A DNA stretch of 64,000 bases from Octopus vulgaris (GCA_951406725.2 OX597819.1:29512001-29576000); one strand, 5' to 3'. Shown: positions 1 through 12,616, numbered from the stretch's first letter. The notes: generated from the letters alone by a model not told the origin. Program-made: numbers and translations.

Positions 1-2022
1 GTTTGACACATTTTGATACCATGTACACATGTATGTATATGTGTATAAATATGTGTATATGAGCTTGAATGCACATTTGTGCACGCACCAGTCAATAGAA
101 GTGGCAGCTCCAAATAAGAAATAATTTGGACCATGATGACTTGTCTAACCCACAGCATGGAAAATGGGCATAAAATGATGATGAACATTAATTAAAATCA
201 TATTCTAAAATTTTATTAATATAATAGATTCTTAATGAAAAATAGAACTGTATCTTGAATCACACAATTTTTTCTCTCATAGTAAAACAATTGGCAGCTG
301 ATAAGTAACTATTTAGTTTTAGCTTTGATCACATGACTTCTATTATTTATATATGAAATTTTAAGTATCTTTAAGAAACTTGAAATATATTTTTTCTTCT
401 TAAAATTGCAATCAATATTTGACTATAGAAAAACAAAAGGAATATTAAAAAAGAACCGTTAAAAATGAAAATAATTGCACATTCAAGAATTATGTGTATC
501 CACATATCAGTTTACAAATGCTAGGTCATCTCCTCTTGCAATAAAACATTAAACATGAAATAATATTAACTTTTATTTATTTTTTTTTTAAAGGAATGGA
601 AAATAAGCAAAGTTTATGGAGATAAATTCATTCATTGGTATTGTTTCGTGGTATTTGAATCTATTTTTGTATCATTAGAAGTTTGTAGGTTTAATAATGC
701 AAGAAAATGGCAACTTTCACGTAAAGATAAAAAAAGAAATAAACAATTTCAATAAAATTAGAGATTTTTGTGATATATAATTCTAAATGGTTTTTATATG
801 AAAAATATATTTGTAATGTAGATATCACAACAAAGTTTTCTCTCTAAGAATCTATAATATTAACAACAACAACATATTATTCTGGCAAAAGGCCAGAATA
901 ATAAAACAGTGACAATAAATAGAATGAAGAATTTATTTCTCTAATTGTGAAAACTGTAATTACTTTCTCTCTGGTAAAAATAAAGATAAAAATCTTAGAT
1001 TAAAATCAACATTTTCTACGTTTATGGCAAAATGTATTTTAACAGAAATTCAGTGACACAGCTTGATATCAGATCATCTAATATCCTATTTTAACTAATA
1101 TCACACATAATTTTTAGCAATATATTCTGATCATCATTGTTTTACATCTGCAATCTAGCACTGATTGGCCAGATTATCATATTTCAAGTCATTTTTTTAT
1201 TTGAAGCTTCTATCTTAGATGGGCTACAACCACATTTCACTCTTAGATTGCATGTTTTGGTTTAGTTTCTACAGCTAGATGCCCTTCCTAATACCAACCA
1301 CCTTACAGAATGTCCTGGTACTAATACAAGTAGGATTGCTTTATATCCCATAAGATTAGAGAGTCCTCATTTACTCAGGGTTATGTGATTGAAAAGGTGA
1401 ATGGATGAGACACTGATGATAGCTGAACCATAATGGCTAAGAAAGGAAGCAAGACTGTGATAGCAGAAACAGTGTGATGAATAGTGATAAATCGTAATAA
1501 ACAGATAAAGGGTAAAAGTGAATGATGGACATCAATACCAGGTGGTGCAGAGGAGAGAAAGGATGAGAGTGTAGAGGAAGGGTAATGGTAGAGTGTATGA
1601 GGTACATATAGATCTGATGTGATTCTTTATACATATGCTTTGAGATAGGCAAGAGATCTAAGATGAAAAGAATGAGAGGAGGAAATGTTGAATGTGGGAG
1701 AGAAGAGGTCAGATAGGTTCAGTGAGTTTGTTTATAAAGCTAAGCTCTTTATGGATGCGAAACCATTGATATGTGATTGGACATATATTAAACTTCATGC
1801 TCTAACTTTTTGAGTGTACTTCTTTTTTGGATATATGATCCACTGATGATATATATATATATATATATATATAGATATATATATATATATATATTTCAAG
1901 GATTTAATAAAACCATAACAGAAAATTTGACAAAACCATAACACATGGAAAATTCATAGCTAATTCCTCATCAGTCAACGTCCAAGAGATCATAACAGTT
2001 TTGCATTATCATTATTATCGTT

Positions 2023-2062
<40 letters not shown>

Positions 2063-2982
2063 TGTGCACATGCATGCGTGCATAAATGTAATTCTTTTCT
2101 CAAATAAACTGTACTTCATATTTGAGGCTCCGATGAAGTTATAAAGTGTTATACAGACACTCAACTATGAGTCCACTGCATCTTATAGCAGAAACAACTG
2201 TGAGCTAATGAAGTTCATAAGATAGTTGCTTATTCCATTGTCATCTCATTTTCTGAATAAGTTACATTAAAGTTAATTAATGTTCTTATTACAATTACAG
2301 TGGATTAAAAATTATTTTTAACTCGCCACATTAAGTGTAGTACACTGCACTTAACTGTATATTTTTTTTATGAAGAAGGCACCCAAGAGAAAATCTCTTT
2401 TGTCATATAAACTAGCACAGAAAGATTTACAGATATATACACAATGTTAAATCATACAAAATCTAAAATTTGTTCAAAATGAATTCATGTGCCTTTTCTC
2501 TTATGTTTATTGTGAAACTGATTTCACTAAAGAGGTATTTCTGTTGAACAACTTCAAAACCATTTCAGCTACAAAACTGATAATATAAACAAGCAAACAC
2601 AACTAACAATTAATAATTAAAATAAAGCAAGAATTAAACTAGAATCGACCTGTAAGTTTAAATATAATTATTTAAAACTAATAATCAGTAAGCAAACAAA
2701 TCTATTTTTCTATCTTGTGCCATACAATAAAATGATAAAATTAAATTTATTCTCATAAAATATATTCCAAGTCTTTTAAATTTCTACTTACATTTCAAAC
2801 TGTAATCAAGCCAATGCAACAAAAATCTAATTTCCACAAAAGTATTTGTGTGAGATTTTTCTTTGATTTGGTAAAGTTATTTCTATATCAAAAGATAAAT
2901 GTTAACTGATGTTGTTCCAGTTTCAGCCAAAACAAATTCAAAATAAATATAAAAGCCAAATGTTCGTTTGTTTTTGTTGATG

Positions 2983-2983
<1 letters not shown>

Positions 2984-3028
<45 letters not shown>

Positions 3029-3275
3029 TGCATACATACACATACAAACATAGACACAAACATACATAGACACAAACATACATATACATACATACATACA
3101 TATACATACATATGCATACATACATATATATACATACATATGCATACATACATATATATACATACATATGCATACATACATATATATACATACATATGCA
3201 TACATACATACATATACATACATACATACATACATATACATACATACATACATATACATACATACATACATATAT
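2984..3275. repeat. Compound microsatellite (TA)n-(CA)n-(CATA)n with a ~26-bp higher-order unit
   Basis: Directly visible. It generates the low-complexity M/Y/V/C ORFs in the track. Confidence 0.95.
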
Positions 3276-3704
3276 TTATATTGGTTATATATATTGAAAA
3301 CGTACAAAAATTATTATCAATAGGTGCAGGCATGGCTATTTGGTTAAGAAGCTTGCTTGCTTGGCCGTGTGGTTTTGATTTCACCATAGTTGAGAAAGGC
3401 AGCAGATCTCTTCACATCACTGTGCCGACCATGTTTCTAGTGGCAACTTGGACAATTGCCTTTTACTATAGTCCACATACACATATATATTTACACACAA
3501 TTTTGGAAGAACAAAACCAAGCTCTGTTGACTACTAAAGTGCATTGATCATATATGAGGAAGTAGATGCTAATAGTAAAATAAGAAAGAGAGAAACTTTT
3601 TAAAATCCTATTTAAAGTATTTTTGATATGTTAAATGAAAATAAAAGTAAAATCTGTAGATCAAATCACTTTTTTTATGAGAGACAGAACACTTGGTAAT
3701 TGAG

Positions 3705-3913
3705 TTCAAATTTTGGCTCAAAGCCAGCAATTATGGGGAGGGCGTAAGTCGACTGTATTGACCCTAGTACTCAACTGGTACTTATTTTATTAACCCTGAA
3801 ATGATGAAAGGCAAAGTTGACCTCAGCAGAATTTGAACCCAGAATGTAAAGATGGACGAAATGGTTAGCAGCATTTTGCCCAGCATGCTAATGATTCTGC
3901 CAACTCACTGCCC
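3705..3913 (-). mobile_element. tRNA-headed SINE, family B, inverted relative to the adjacent copies
   Basis: Reverse complement matches the family body GAGTTCAAATT..GAGGTCAACTTTGCCTTTCATC..AATAAGTACCAGTTGAG seen at 3942-4610, 8981-9211 and 40895-41890. Confidence 0.85.
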
Positions 3914-3941
3914 TAATATGTGCTAATACTAGGGGGAGCTA

Positions 3942-4610
3942 AGGTGGTACGCTGGCAGAATCATCGATGTGCCACTCAAAATGCTTAGCAGCATTCTATC
4001 CTTCTTTATGTTCTAGGTTCAAATGCTGCCAAGGTCAACTTTGCCTTTCATCCTCTCAGGGTTCATAAAATAAGTACCAGTTGAATCCTGGGGTTGATCT
4101 AATCAATTTACCCCCTCCTCCAAAATTGCTGGCCTCATGCCCAACCTTGAAACCACTATTAGGGTGATCTAAGGTGGTGAGCTGGCAGAATCGTTACTGC
4201 ATCGGAATAAATGCTTAGTGGTATTTCTTCTTATTTAACATTCTAAGTTCAAATGTCGCCGAGGTTGACTTTGTCTTTCATCCTTTCAGGGCCAATGAAA
4301 TAAGTACCAGTCGAGCACTGGGGTTGATGTAATTGACTTGCCCCCCTTCTCCAAAGTTACTGGCCTTGTGCCAAAATTTGAAATCAATATACTTGATAAA
4401 GTGGTAAGCTGACAGAATCAATAGCACGACAGGCTAAATGCTTAGCAACAGTTCATCCGTTTTTAAGTTCTGAGTTCAAATACCACTGAAGTTAACTTTG
4501 CCTTCATCCTTTCAAGGTCAATATAACCAGTTGAGCACTGGGGTTGATGTAATTGACCTGCCCCTTTCACCATCAAAATTACAGGCCTTGTGCCAAGATT
4601 TGAAACCCAT
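3942..4610 (+). mobile_element. Three tandem family B SINE copies (approx. 3942-4155, 4172-4388, 4399-4610)
   Basis: Each starts GGTGGT(G/A)AGCTGGCAGAATC-like, has a B-box-like GTTCAAAT, and shares the core and 3' end. Confidence 0.85.
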
Positions 4611-5087
4611 ATTAAAGCAATGTAATTGAAAATACATTTTGCCCTTAAATTTGAGGCCTTAATATGCTAATATTTACTTATATTAATGTTATAAAGTGAT
4701 TGTTAATGAAAAGAATTTCTTTTAGCTAAGAAAAAAATGCTTATAGAATTGTTGGAAAACAGGTGTTTTAGTTAGAACAATGAGATACCAGAACTGACTA
4801 TTACTCCATAAGATGAGTTGATATATTAGTAGGTTTCAGTTACATTAGTGATATCTTTAATCAAAGAGTTAGCTAAATTCAAGTACTTTTGATGTGACCT
4901 TTCTGTTATATATCATAGATAATAGATTATTTCATTACGAGATTCAATATTCAATAAAATGCACATGTGATACAATATATCAATTTTGTGTAACATTATC
5001 TATAATACATCATTGCTGCAGATCAGCCTCTAGGAATAGAATACATCCAAATTTCTAATATAAAATTAATAGCTTTTACAAATTTAC

Positions 5088-5179
5088 CTGCCATAATAAG
5101 GACTTGGAGATCAGGCGATACCAAACTTTCACTTAAATTAACTATTCTGCTTTATTAACAGCAAGAACTTTACTACCTT
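5088..5179 (-). other. Candidate exon containing 5'-UTR and start codon (ATG GCA G, phase-1 donor) of an unidentified gene continuing left of the window
   Basis: Minus strand reads ttttcattaaatcttttag|AAGGTAG...CCTTATTATGGCAG|gtaaat. All three frames have stops before the ATG at 5094-5092. No homology evidence. Confidence 0.35.
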
Positions 5180-5513
5180 CTAAAAGATTTAATGAAAATA
5201 TGAATCAGGTATACTGATACCAGGTGGTTTAACCTTAATTGTTTTTTGTACTTTCTTTTCTTTCTTTTAAGATTGAAATCAAATCAAAATGCTGGTAATA
5301 ATTTATTCAAGTAACAGCTTGCATTTAGGTAACTATTAAAAAAACGTTTTTAATCATGAATTTATGTTCTCAACCAATTTCAAATCAAATAACTTTTATG
5401 ATTTTTTTTTTTTTTTTTTTTTGTTTTCTTTCTTTATTTACAAAATGAAATGAAGATTATTTACAATGAATTCCAAGAAATCATTTTTAATGTGCATGCA
5501 TAGAACAGCATAC

Positions 5514-5542
5514 CTGTTGCTTTTCATGCAACAATTCTGTTT
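5514..5542 (-). other. Candidate 29-nt micro-exon (probably 5'-UTR)
   Basis: Minus strand reads ccttttttcag|AAACAGAATTGTTGCATGAAAAGCAACAG|gtatgc, with TGCATG about 15 nt downstream of the donor. Confidence 0.25.
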
Positions 5543-6670
5543 CTGAAAAAAGGTTTCCTTTATCAATCAAAACTATTTAACAGCATAAAATACTTTAAAA
5601 TGCTTAATCATTTTCAGTATAGGTAAATAAATTAACTTAATGAGAGCAGTACTTAATTATCAACAAAACAGAAAAATTTTCCTTTAATTAACATCATATC
5701 TCTACTCTGTAACTGTATAGATAAGAGTCAAATATTAATCCATATTCAGTATTCAAAGCCAGATATAATTGTGGAGAAGCAGTGTTAGAGTTAAAATTAT
5801 CTATTCTATGATAGTAGCATTATTTATTTTACAAACCCTAGCTGTAATAGAACTTGAATCAGTTAAGTACCAACAATAGTTATAACAAAATGTCTCATTA
5901 AAGTGTTTCAATCAATTCCAATATATTTACTGGAGTTTTACAATATCAACTCTATTTTCCCCTCACACGATATGTCATTCTAATAATAGTATTAAATTCT
6001 GGCACAAGGTCACCAATTTTAGGGGAGCAGGGTAAGTCAACTACATCAACCCCAGTACTCAATGTGCACATGGGTGCTTATCTTATTGATCCTGAAAAGA
6101 TGAAATACAAAGTTAACTCATTATCACCATTTCATGTCTGCTTTTCATGCTGGTATGAGCTGAATGGTTTGTCAAAATCAGGCAAGTCAGAGGACCATAC
6201 TGTGCTCCAATATCTCAAATACATAAAACAAAGTTACAATTGATCCAACTTGTGTTTGTATGAGTGAAAATATTCGAATGTTTACATTAAGTATATAATT
6301 TCTGTTATTCGGTACTTTTGGGCAGTTGAATTGAGACTTTAACTCCTATTTCTAAACAAGTTGATGCTTTGCGCATCCTTATGCTTTGTGCTAATCTTTA
6401 ATTTCATAGCTATATAATACTATTAAACTTGGAACCACCTACATTACTGTTGTTAATATTATCAATTGAAAACATTCACTACAGATAATATTAACAATAG
6501 TAATATCTTATTTCAAATGTAAACATTCAAATATTTGCTCATAAATATATTTGCACCATGTGGACTGGGTACAGCACAAAAATCCTGAACACTAATGGAC
6601 TTATATATATACTTATATATATACTAATGGACTTATATATATACTGAACACTAATGGACTTATATATATA

Positions 6671-7051
6671 CTGGCGTTGCTCGGGTTTGTAAGGGAAATA
6701 ACTATATAAGCATTTTTAGAGATGTAAAGTATAATAGCCATCTCAATATGGCTAACCACAAAGGGGGTGTTACTGTAGCTTTTTACGTTCTGAGATTTAA
6801 TAATACATTTTTAGAGTGTTACTTCCCTTATATAATAGCAAAAAATGCATTAAAAATGGGGGAAAAAATGATGGTAAATTTTTTTTTAAATCGTAGACTC
6901 ATCATAGATGCGCGCTAATACCCAGAAGGGCTCGATATGAATCACGACTATAAAATACCCACTTTTGGTTACACTGCACCGCAAAATGTGGGAGTAGTTA
7001 GGAATCTAAATTGTAGGAGACAGACACACAACTTCACTTTTATATATAAAG

Positions 7052-7052
<1 letters not shown>
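6671..7052 (-). mobile_element. Non-autonomous Helitron, 3' end truncated
   Basis: 5' terminus TCTTTATATATAAAAG on the minus strand. Shares 5' and subterminal 3' blocks with 61115-61512, but the CTAG end is lost in a (TA)n tract. Confidence 0.75.
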
Positions 7053-7105
<53 letters not shown>

Positions 7106-7117
7106 ATGATATATATA

Positions 7118-7299
7118 TCATCATCATCATCATTTAACATCCGCTTTCCATGCTAGCATGGGCTGGACTTTTTGACTGAAGACTGGTGAACCAGATGGCT
7201 GCACCAGGCTCCAATCTTGATCTGGCAGAGTTTCTACAGCTGGATGCCCTTCCTAACGTCAACTACTCCGAGAGTGTAGTGGGTGCTTTTACGTGCCAC
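7118..7299 (-). mobile_element. Family D retroposon tail (ends in (GAT)n)
   Basis: Reverse complement matches GCACGTAAAAGCACCCACTACACTC..GTTAGGAAGGGCATCCAGCTGTAGAAAC..CATGCTAGCATGGAAAGCGGATGTTAAATGATGATG. Confidence 0.85.
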
Positions 7300-7483
7300 C
7301 AATATATATATAGATATATATATATATTTATAATACAAATAAGAAAATGGAGGAACAAATTCATTTCGATCATCAACTTATTACAGTTTCAGATTATTTA
7401 TTAATTATACAAATACGAACATGAAAATTGAACAAAACAATATACAAATTAATAATAAAGTAAAAATAATACAAATAAACTGC

Positions 7484-7615
7484 TCCTTACAGCTGTTTCA
7501 GCCTATGGTCAAGAGACAATCCAACTTAATTTGCCTGTAGATGCCATTTTAATATAGTCCTAGGCATTAAAGAATATATTTGTCTGTTTAAATAACCAAA
7601 GGCCTCATCAGAGGA
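7484..7615 (-). ncRNA. Minimal type I hammerhead ribozyme motif with intact core, in a Penelope-like element remnant
   Basis: Minus strand: TCCT-CTGATGA-GGCCT(TTGGTT)...(GACCAT)AGGCT-GAAAC-AGCT-GTA-AGGA. Stem I is TCCT/AGGA, stem II is GGCCT/AGGCT, stem III is the palindrome ACAGCTGT, and the cleavage triplet is GUA. Confidence 0.7.
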
Positions 7616-7689
7616 TATACATAACTATAAAATTTCGTTATTTTACTACATGAAGGCATGATGCTTCACTAAGCAACATCAGATTGCCA

Positions 7690-8250
7690 ATCAACCGTGA
7701 ATGAGATTTCATGGAGAATAAGATCAGGCTGGAGAGTATTCAACTCAGTGAAGGATGTGCTGGAAGTGAACCTAGATGAAGCCACTTGCACAAACCTCTT
7801 CAACAGCACAGTTCTACAAGCAATACTCTATGCAAGTGAAACATGGATGACAATGAAGAGGGAAGAACAGTGGTTAATAACAACATAAAGAACAATGGAA
7901 AGGTTAATGCTGGAAATCTTTTTGAGAGATTATATCTGAAACAAACAGATCAACCAAAGAATCACAGTCAAGGACATGATCACTGATTACCGTCTGAACA
8001 AACTCAGATGGGCCAGACATGTTACACAGCACACCGATGATCAGTGGGCCCATGCAGTTGTCAAGGGGTCCCTGTGTAAGCAGAAACAACTACTCAGAAG
8101 GCCTCAACTCAGCCAGATTGATGATATAAAGAGAATAATGAAACTACACTGGAGAAGGGGGGCAAGATCAAGAACAGAACAGAATAAATGTTGTGGCCAA
8201 CTGATTCGAAGCAACATCTGACACTCTGGCTCATCAAGGTGACTGAAGTG
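7690..8250 (+). pseudogene. RTE-clade LINE fragment (C-terminal part of reverse transcriptase), decayed
   Basis: EISWRIRSGWRVFNSVKDVL..LFNSTVLQAILYASETW and KLRWARHV..DDQW match the RTE ORF C-terminal motifs (RI..GW..F, LY.SETW, W.GHV.R). Stops and frameshifts are present. Confidence 0.8.
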
Positions 8251-8298
<48 letters not shown>

Positions 8299-8300
<2 letters not shown>

Positions 8301-8586
8301 GGCACAATGGCCCAGTGGTTAGGGCAGCGGACTCGCAGTTTCGATTCCCAGACAGGGCGTTGTGAGTGTTTATTGAGCAAAAACACCCAAAGCTCCACAA
8401 GGCTCCGGCAGGGGGTGGTGGCGATTCCTGCTGTACTCTTTCACCACAACTTTCTCTCACTCTTTCTTCTGTTGGCCTGCTCGCTTAGCCAGCAGGGTGG
8501 CGTCATTTGAAGACCAAAACAATGCAAAGCGCATTGTGACCAGCGATGTGTAGCAACATCTGATAGCCTGGTTGGTCATGGTGATA
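8299..8586 (+). mobile_element. tRNA-headed SINE, family C (tail type 1), inserted in (TA)n
   Basis: A-box TGGCCCAGTGGTTAG, B-box-like GTTTCGATTCCC, and the core shared with copies at 27815, 33997 and 59363. Confidence 0.85.
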
Positions 8587-8980
8587 TATATATATATATA
8601 TATATAGTGTTTATTTATATGTAAGGTGTTTATATAGGTGTGAAGAGGTACATATTAGTGTATTACACGCATGCATTGCAAGTAGTGGTTGTGTGCTTAA
8701 TGAAACATGAAATCTGACCTCAATATTTCCCTCTGGTTTACAATCAACTCCTCCCCTCCTTTAAAAGCATCCACAAAGTGTGATTTATTGGCCTGCAGCA
8801 CCTTTATGTCACATACATCAAACCTGGATCCCTTACCTGTTCCTGTTGTTGCTGGCCTATTTGTCCATTCATCCTAAACACTATCATCCAAATCGAATCT
8901 AACCACTCCTCCCTCTACACTACAGAACAGTTTACCTACACCTACCAGGAACCTCCTATGTTGGTATTAAAAGGCCTATA

Positions 8981-9211
8981 TATTTCTTTATTGCCCACAA
9001 GGGGCTAAACATAGAGGGGACAAACAAGGACAGACAAAGGGATTAAGTCAATTACATCGACCCCAGTGCAAAACTGGTACTTTATTTATTGACCCCGAAA
9101 GGATGAAAGGCAAAGTCGACCTCGGCGGAATTTGAACACACAACGTAACGACAGACGAAATACCGCTAAGCATTTCGCCCGGCGTGCTAACGTGTCTGCC
9201 AGCTCGCCGCC
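8981..9211 (-). mobile_element. Young family B SINE with 13-bp TSD
   Basis: TAAAAGGCCTATA at 8968-8980 and 9212-9224. CpGs are largely retained. Confidence 0.9.
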
Positions 9212-9580
9212 TAAAAGGCCTATAATGCACTAAACAACACTGAATTGTCAATTATCTACCGTTTCTGCTCACCTAGCCATACATTCCAGTACCTCTTTTT
9301 CTCTCTCTCTCTCTCTCTCTTTATGGTGTCCTTTTACAATGTGGTCTCCAATATTTGTTAGCAACAATTCATATTACATAACAGATCAACTCAACAGATA
9401 AACCACCTGCAATACATGATACACACAACAAAAACACAGTATCTCTCTCTCTCTCTCTCTCTCTCACACATAGACACACCACACTCACCTATCATCTTCC
9501 TTTACTATTACGCTCTTAGCTGCTCAACTCTTTCTCCATTCCTGTATTCTTGCATTCCACCATTCACTCCATAATATGAT

Positions 9581-9968
9581 TACTCTTTTACTTGTTTCAG
9601 TCATCTGACTGCAGCCATGCTGGTGCACTGCCTTTAGTCGAACAAATCACCCCCAGGACTTATTCTTTGTAAGCCTAGTACTTATTCTATCGGTCCCTTT
9701 GCCAAACCACTAAGTTATGGGGACGTAAACACACCAGCATTGGTTGTCAAGCAATTCTGGGGGGACAAACAGATACACAAACATACACACACACATATAT
9801 ATATACGACGGGCTTCTTTCAGTTTCCGTCTACCAAATCCACTCACAAGGCTTTGGTCTGCCCAAGGCTATAGTAGAAGACCCTTGCCCAAGGTGCCATG
9901 CAGTGGGACTGAACCCAGAACCATGTAGTTAGTAAGCAAGCTACTTACCACACAGCCACTCCAGCGCC
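9581..9968 (-). mobile_element. tRNA-headed SINE, family A
   Basis: Reverse complement matches 57008-57391 (A-box TGGCTGTGTGGT, B-box GGTTCAGTCCC, CCTTGGGCAAG core, internal (CA)n). Confidence 0.9.
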
Positions 9969-10356
9969 TATTAAGCAGGATTGCATATTAAGTGTTTATG
10001 AACCTCATTCATAGAACTTTTTCCCTTTTTCCCTAATCTTTTCTTGTTTTATTCAATGAAGTGCTAACAGTTCAAAATATTAAGACATTTGAAGACGTTC
10101 CTTCTTTCTTAATTCCAGTATCAAGCTAATAAAACTTTGTAGTTCCAGTGTTCAGTTGTTTCTGTTGATTTTGCGACACGTCATCCCTAAGTTGTATAAT
10201 TCTTTATTACACCAGTTTGACATTTCAATAAGATATGAATATGACACAATTTACCTTTACTAAAACTTGTCTAGTATACATTTCAGACCAATAAAAACCA
10301 ACAAGATAAATGTATGATGACTATTTTATATAATAATCTTAGTGTTTTATGTATTA

Positions 10357-11125
10357 CTAGCAGTATCGCCCGGCGTTGCTCAGGTTTGTAAGGGAAATAA
10401 CTATAAAGCATTTTTAGAGAGTTATAGCCAAAAAATAGCAAAAAAATGGAAAACAAATGATGGTAAATTTTTTTTGAGAGTTAAAAAAGGTAGAGTTGCG
10501 TCCCCTAGACGGTCTGTGGTTTGGGTTTCTAATTCTCGACCCCATGTCGAATTTATCGATTTTTTTCAGAACTGGGGGAACTTTTCAAAATTTTCGCTGC
10601 GTTAGTTTTGAATTATGACATTGGGCTATGTGTGTGTCAAGTTTCATCAGAATCGGTTGAAAGCCGTGGTCAGAGTGAGGGTACGAGAAAACAGACACAC
10701 AGAAACACGCACAGACAAACTGCCGTTTATATAGAGAGAGATAGCAGTATCGCCCGGCGTTGCTCAGGTTTGTAAGGGAAATAACTATAAAGCATTTTTA
10801 GAGAGTTATAGCCAAAAAATAGCAAAAAAATGGAAAACAAATGATGGTAAATTTTTTTTGAGAGTTAAAAAAGGTAGAGTTGCGTCCCCTAGACGGTCTG
10901 TGGTTTGGGTTTCTAATTCTCGACCCCATGTCGAATTTATCGATTTTTTTCAGAACTGGGGGAACTTTTCAAAATTTTCGCTGCGTTAGTTTTGAATTAT
11001 GACATTGGGCTATGTGTGTGTCAAGTTTCATCAGAATCGGTTGAAAGCCGTGGTCAGAGTGAGGGTACGAGAAAACAGACACACAGAAACACGCACAGAC
11101 AAACTGCCGTTTATATAGAGAGAGA
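10357..11125 (-). mobile_element. Head-to-tail dimer of a 384-bp non-autonomous Helitron
   Basis: Minus strand: A|TC 5' end, 3' hairpin CCTGAGCAACGCCGGG followed by CTAG|T. Copies at 10357-10741 and 10742-11125 appear identical. Confidence 0.85.
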
Positions 11126-11254
11126 TTAATGATTCATAATTTTCACACAGCCTTTATGGTTGAGAATTTAAAATATAACTATTGTAGAAAATGAAAGCAA
11201 TTATAATTGACTAGACATATTGAGTACAGAGGTGCAAAAATATTTAACTATATA

Positions 11255-11480
11255 CTGGCCGTTTGCCAGCTCTGTCTGGCACCTGTGCGGGTGGCACGTA
11301 AAAAGCACCCACTACACTCACGGAGTGGTTGGCGTTAGGAAGGGCATCCAGCCGTAGAAACACTGCCAGATTTGACTGGGCCTGATGAAGCCTTCTGGCT
11401 TCACAGACCCCAGTAGAACCGTCCAACCCATGCTAGCATGGAAAACGGACGCTAAACGACGATGATGACGATGATGATGA
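11255..11480 (+). mobile_element. Family D retroposon
   Basis: Same body and (GAT)n tail as 14158-14533, 44787-45096 and 54355-54676. Confidence 0.85.
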
Positions 11481-12229
11481 TACTACAAAATAAACCAGTT
11501 CTTACTTAATTTCTGAACATTTCTTATAGCATTTCAATAGCTTTAGGTGGATTTTTCCAGGTAAAATGCAGCAGGATTTGGAAAAATAACTTACACTATA
11601 TACTACATCAAGTCATATGCTGTAAAATACAGCATGTAAAATTATAAAAATGATGGAATGGAATCCCTAATGTGTTTATCTCTAGTTGTTGTTTGTATAC
11701 ATATAGTAAGAATATGTGAAGATGTAAACCAGCAGAAGTTTCTACTGGTATACAAGATCTTTGAAGAATGCAGAAGTTTATCTCTTCTCATTTGACTATT
11801 AACATAATAGTTGTTTAAGTCAATGTTGATAAATGGGTTTCTTGACAAACCAGCAAATATCATTAATCCAGTGTTTAGCTCTAGATACAATAATATTCAA
11901 CACATGACAGCTCAATCTCTTGCTGAAGTGGTAACATTCTAATAAGATTTGGGACATCTTTCTCACAAACAAGTAGACTGAGACAAACAGAATTAATTAT
12001 TCTGTCAAAAAAACTTATGAGCAGATACCCACTGAAATTTCATTATTTTGTCAAGTAATATTAAAGAAAATTAGATCATACCTACACTAAAGAGAACAAT
12101 ATATATTTATGTCTTCCACACACACATACAACTCTCTTATACACACACATGCGCACCTTCATTTTGGGATCATCACCACTTTGTTATCTCCCCTTCTCCC
12201 TAGTTCTCCTGTGTGACCCTTCTGTCCGG

Positions 12230-12390
12230 CCTTCACCATGACAGATCGTTAGCCACTAGCTTTCTATGGAAGAGCGTAGGCTTGAAACGTTAAAGACTTT
12301 TTCACTTCCCGTGCATTATACAAATACATCTATTTGTTGTCTACACCACCTGTCTTTGTCTTTTGGGGGTTTTTTTGTGAATTCTCCGTA
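12230..12390 (+). mobile_element. Short Penelope-type 3' remnant with degenerate hammerhead (12261-12294)
   Basis: TTT-CTATGGA-A-GAGC gtag GCTT-GAAAC-GTT-AAA. Homologous to 21207-21385 and ends at a (TA)n tract. Confidence 0.55.
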
Positions 12391-12552
12391 TATATATATA
12401 TATAGGAGAGTATAGTAGTTAACTTGAAGCATTGTGTATTGTTTGTAAAGAAGAAAATATTTTAAGTGACACAACAATGCACTATAAGAACTGTTGTAAT
12501 TTAATCATCCATAGTCTGATATGATATTTTGGAATAAAAATTCCTTCTTCAG

Positions 12553-12616
12553 ATATCCCTAGGAATTGATGGAGTCGTTGCTATAACTGATTATAGCAGT
12601 GACTCCATCAATTCCT

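Noticed and set aside
594-755. Plus-strand open frame of about 53 codons after a poly-T acceptor (EWKISKVYGDKFIHW...)
   Set aside because: No recognisable homology and a weak donor. A frame of this length is expected by chance somewhere in 64 kb.
2883-3547. Five overlapping ORFs of 61-149 aa (also four at 35812-36265)
   Set aside because: Translations of stop-free (CATA)n/(TG)n microsatellites.
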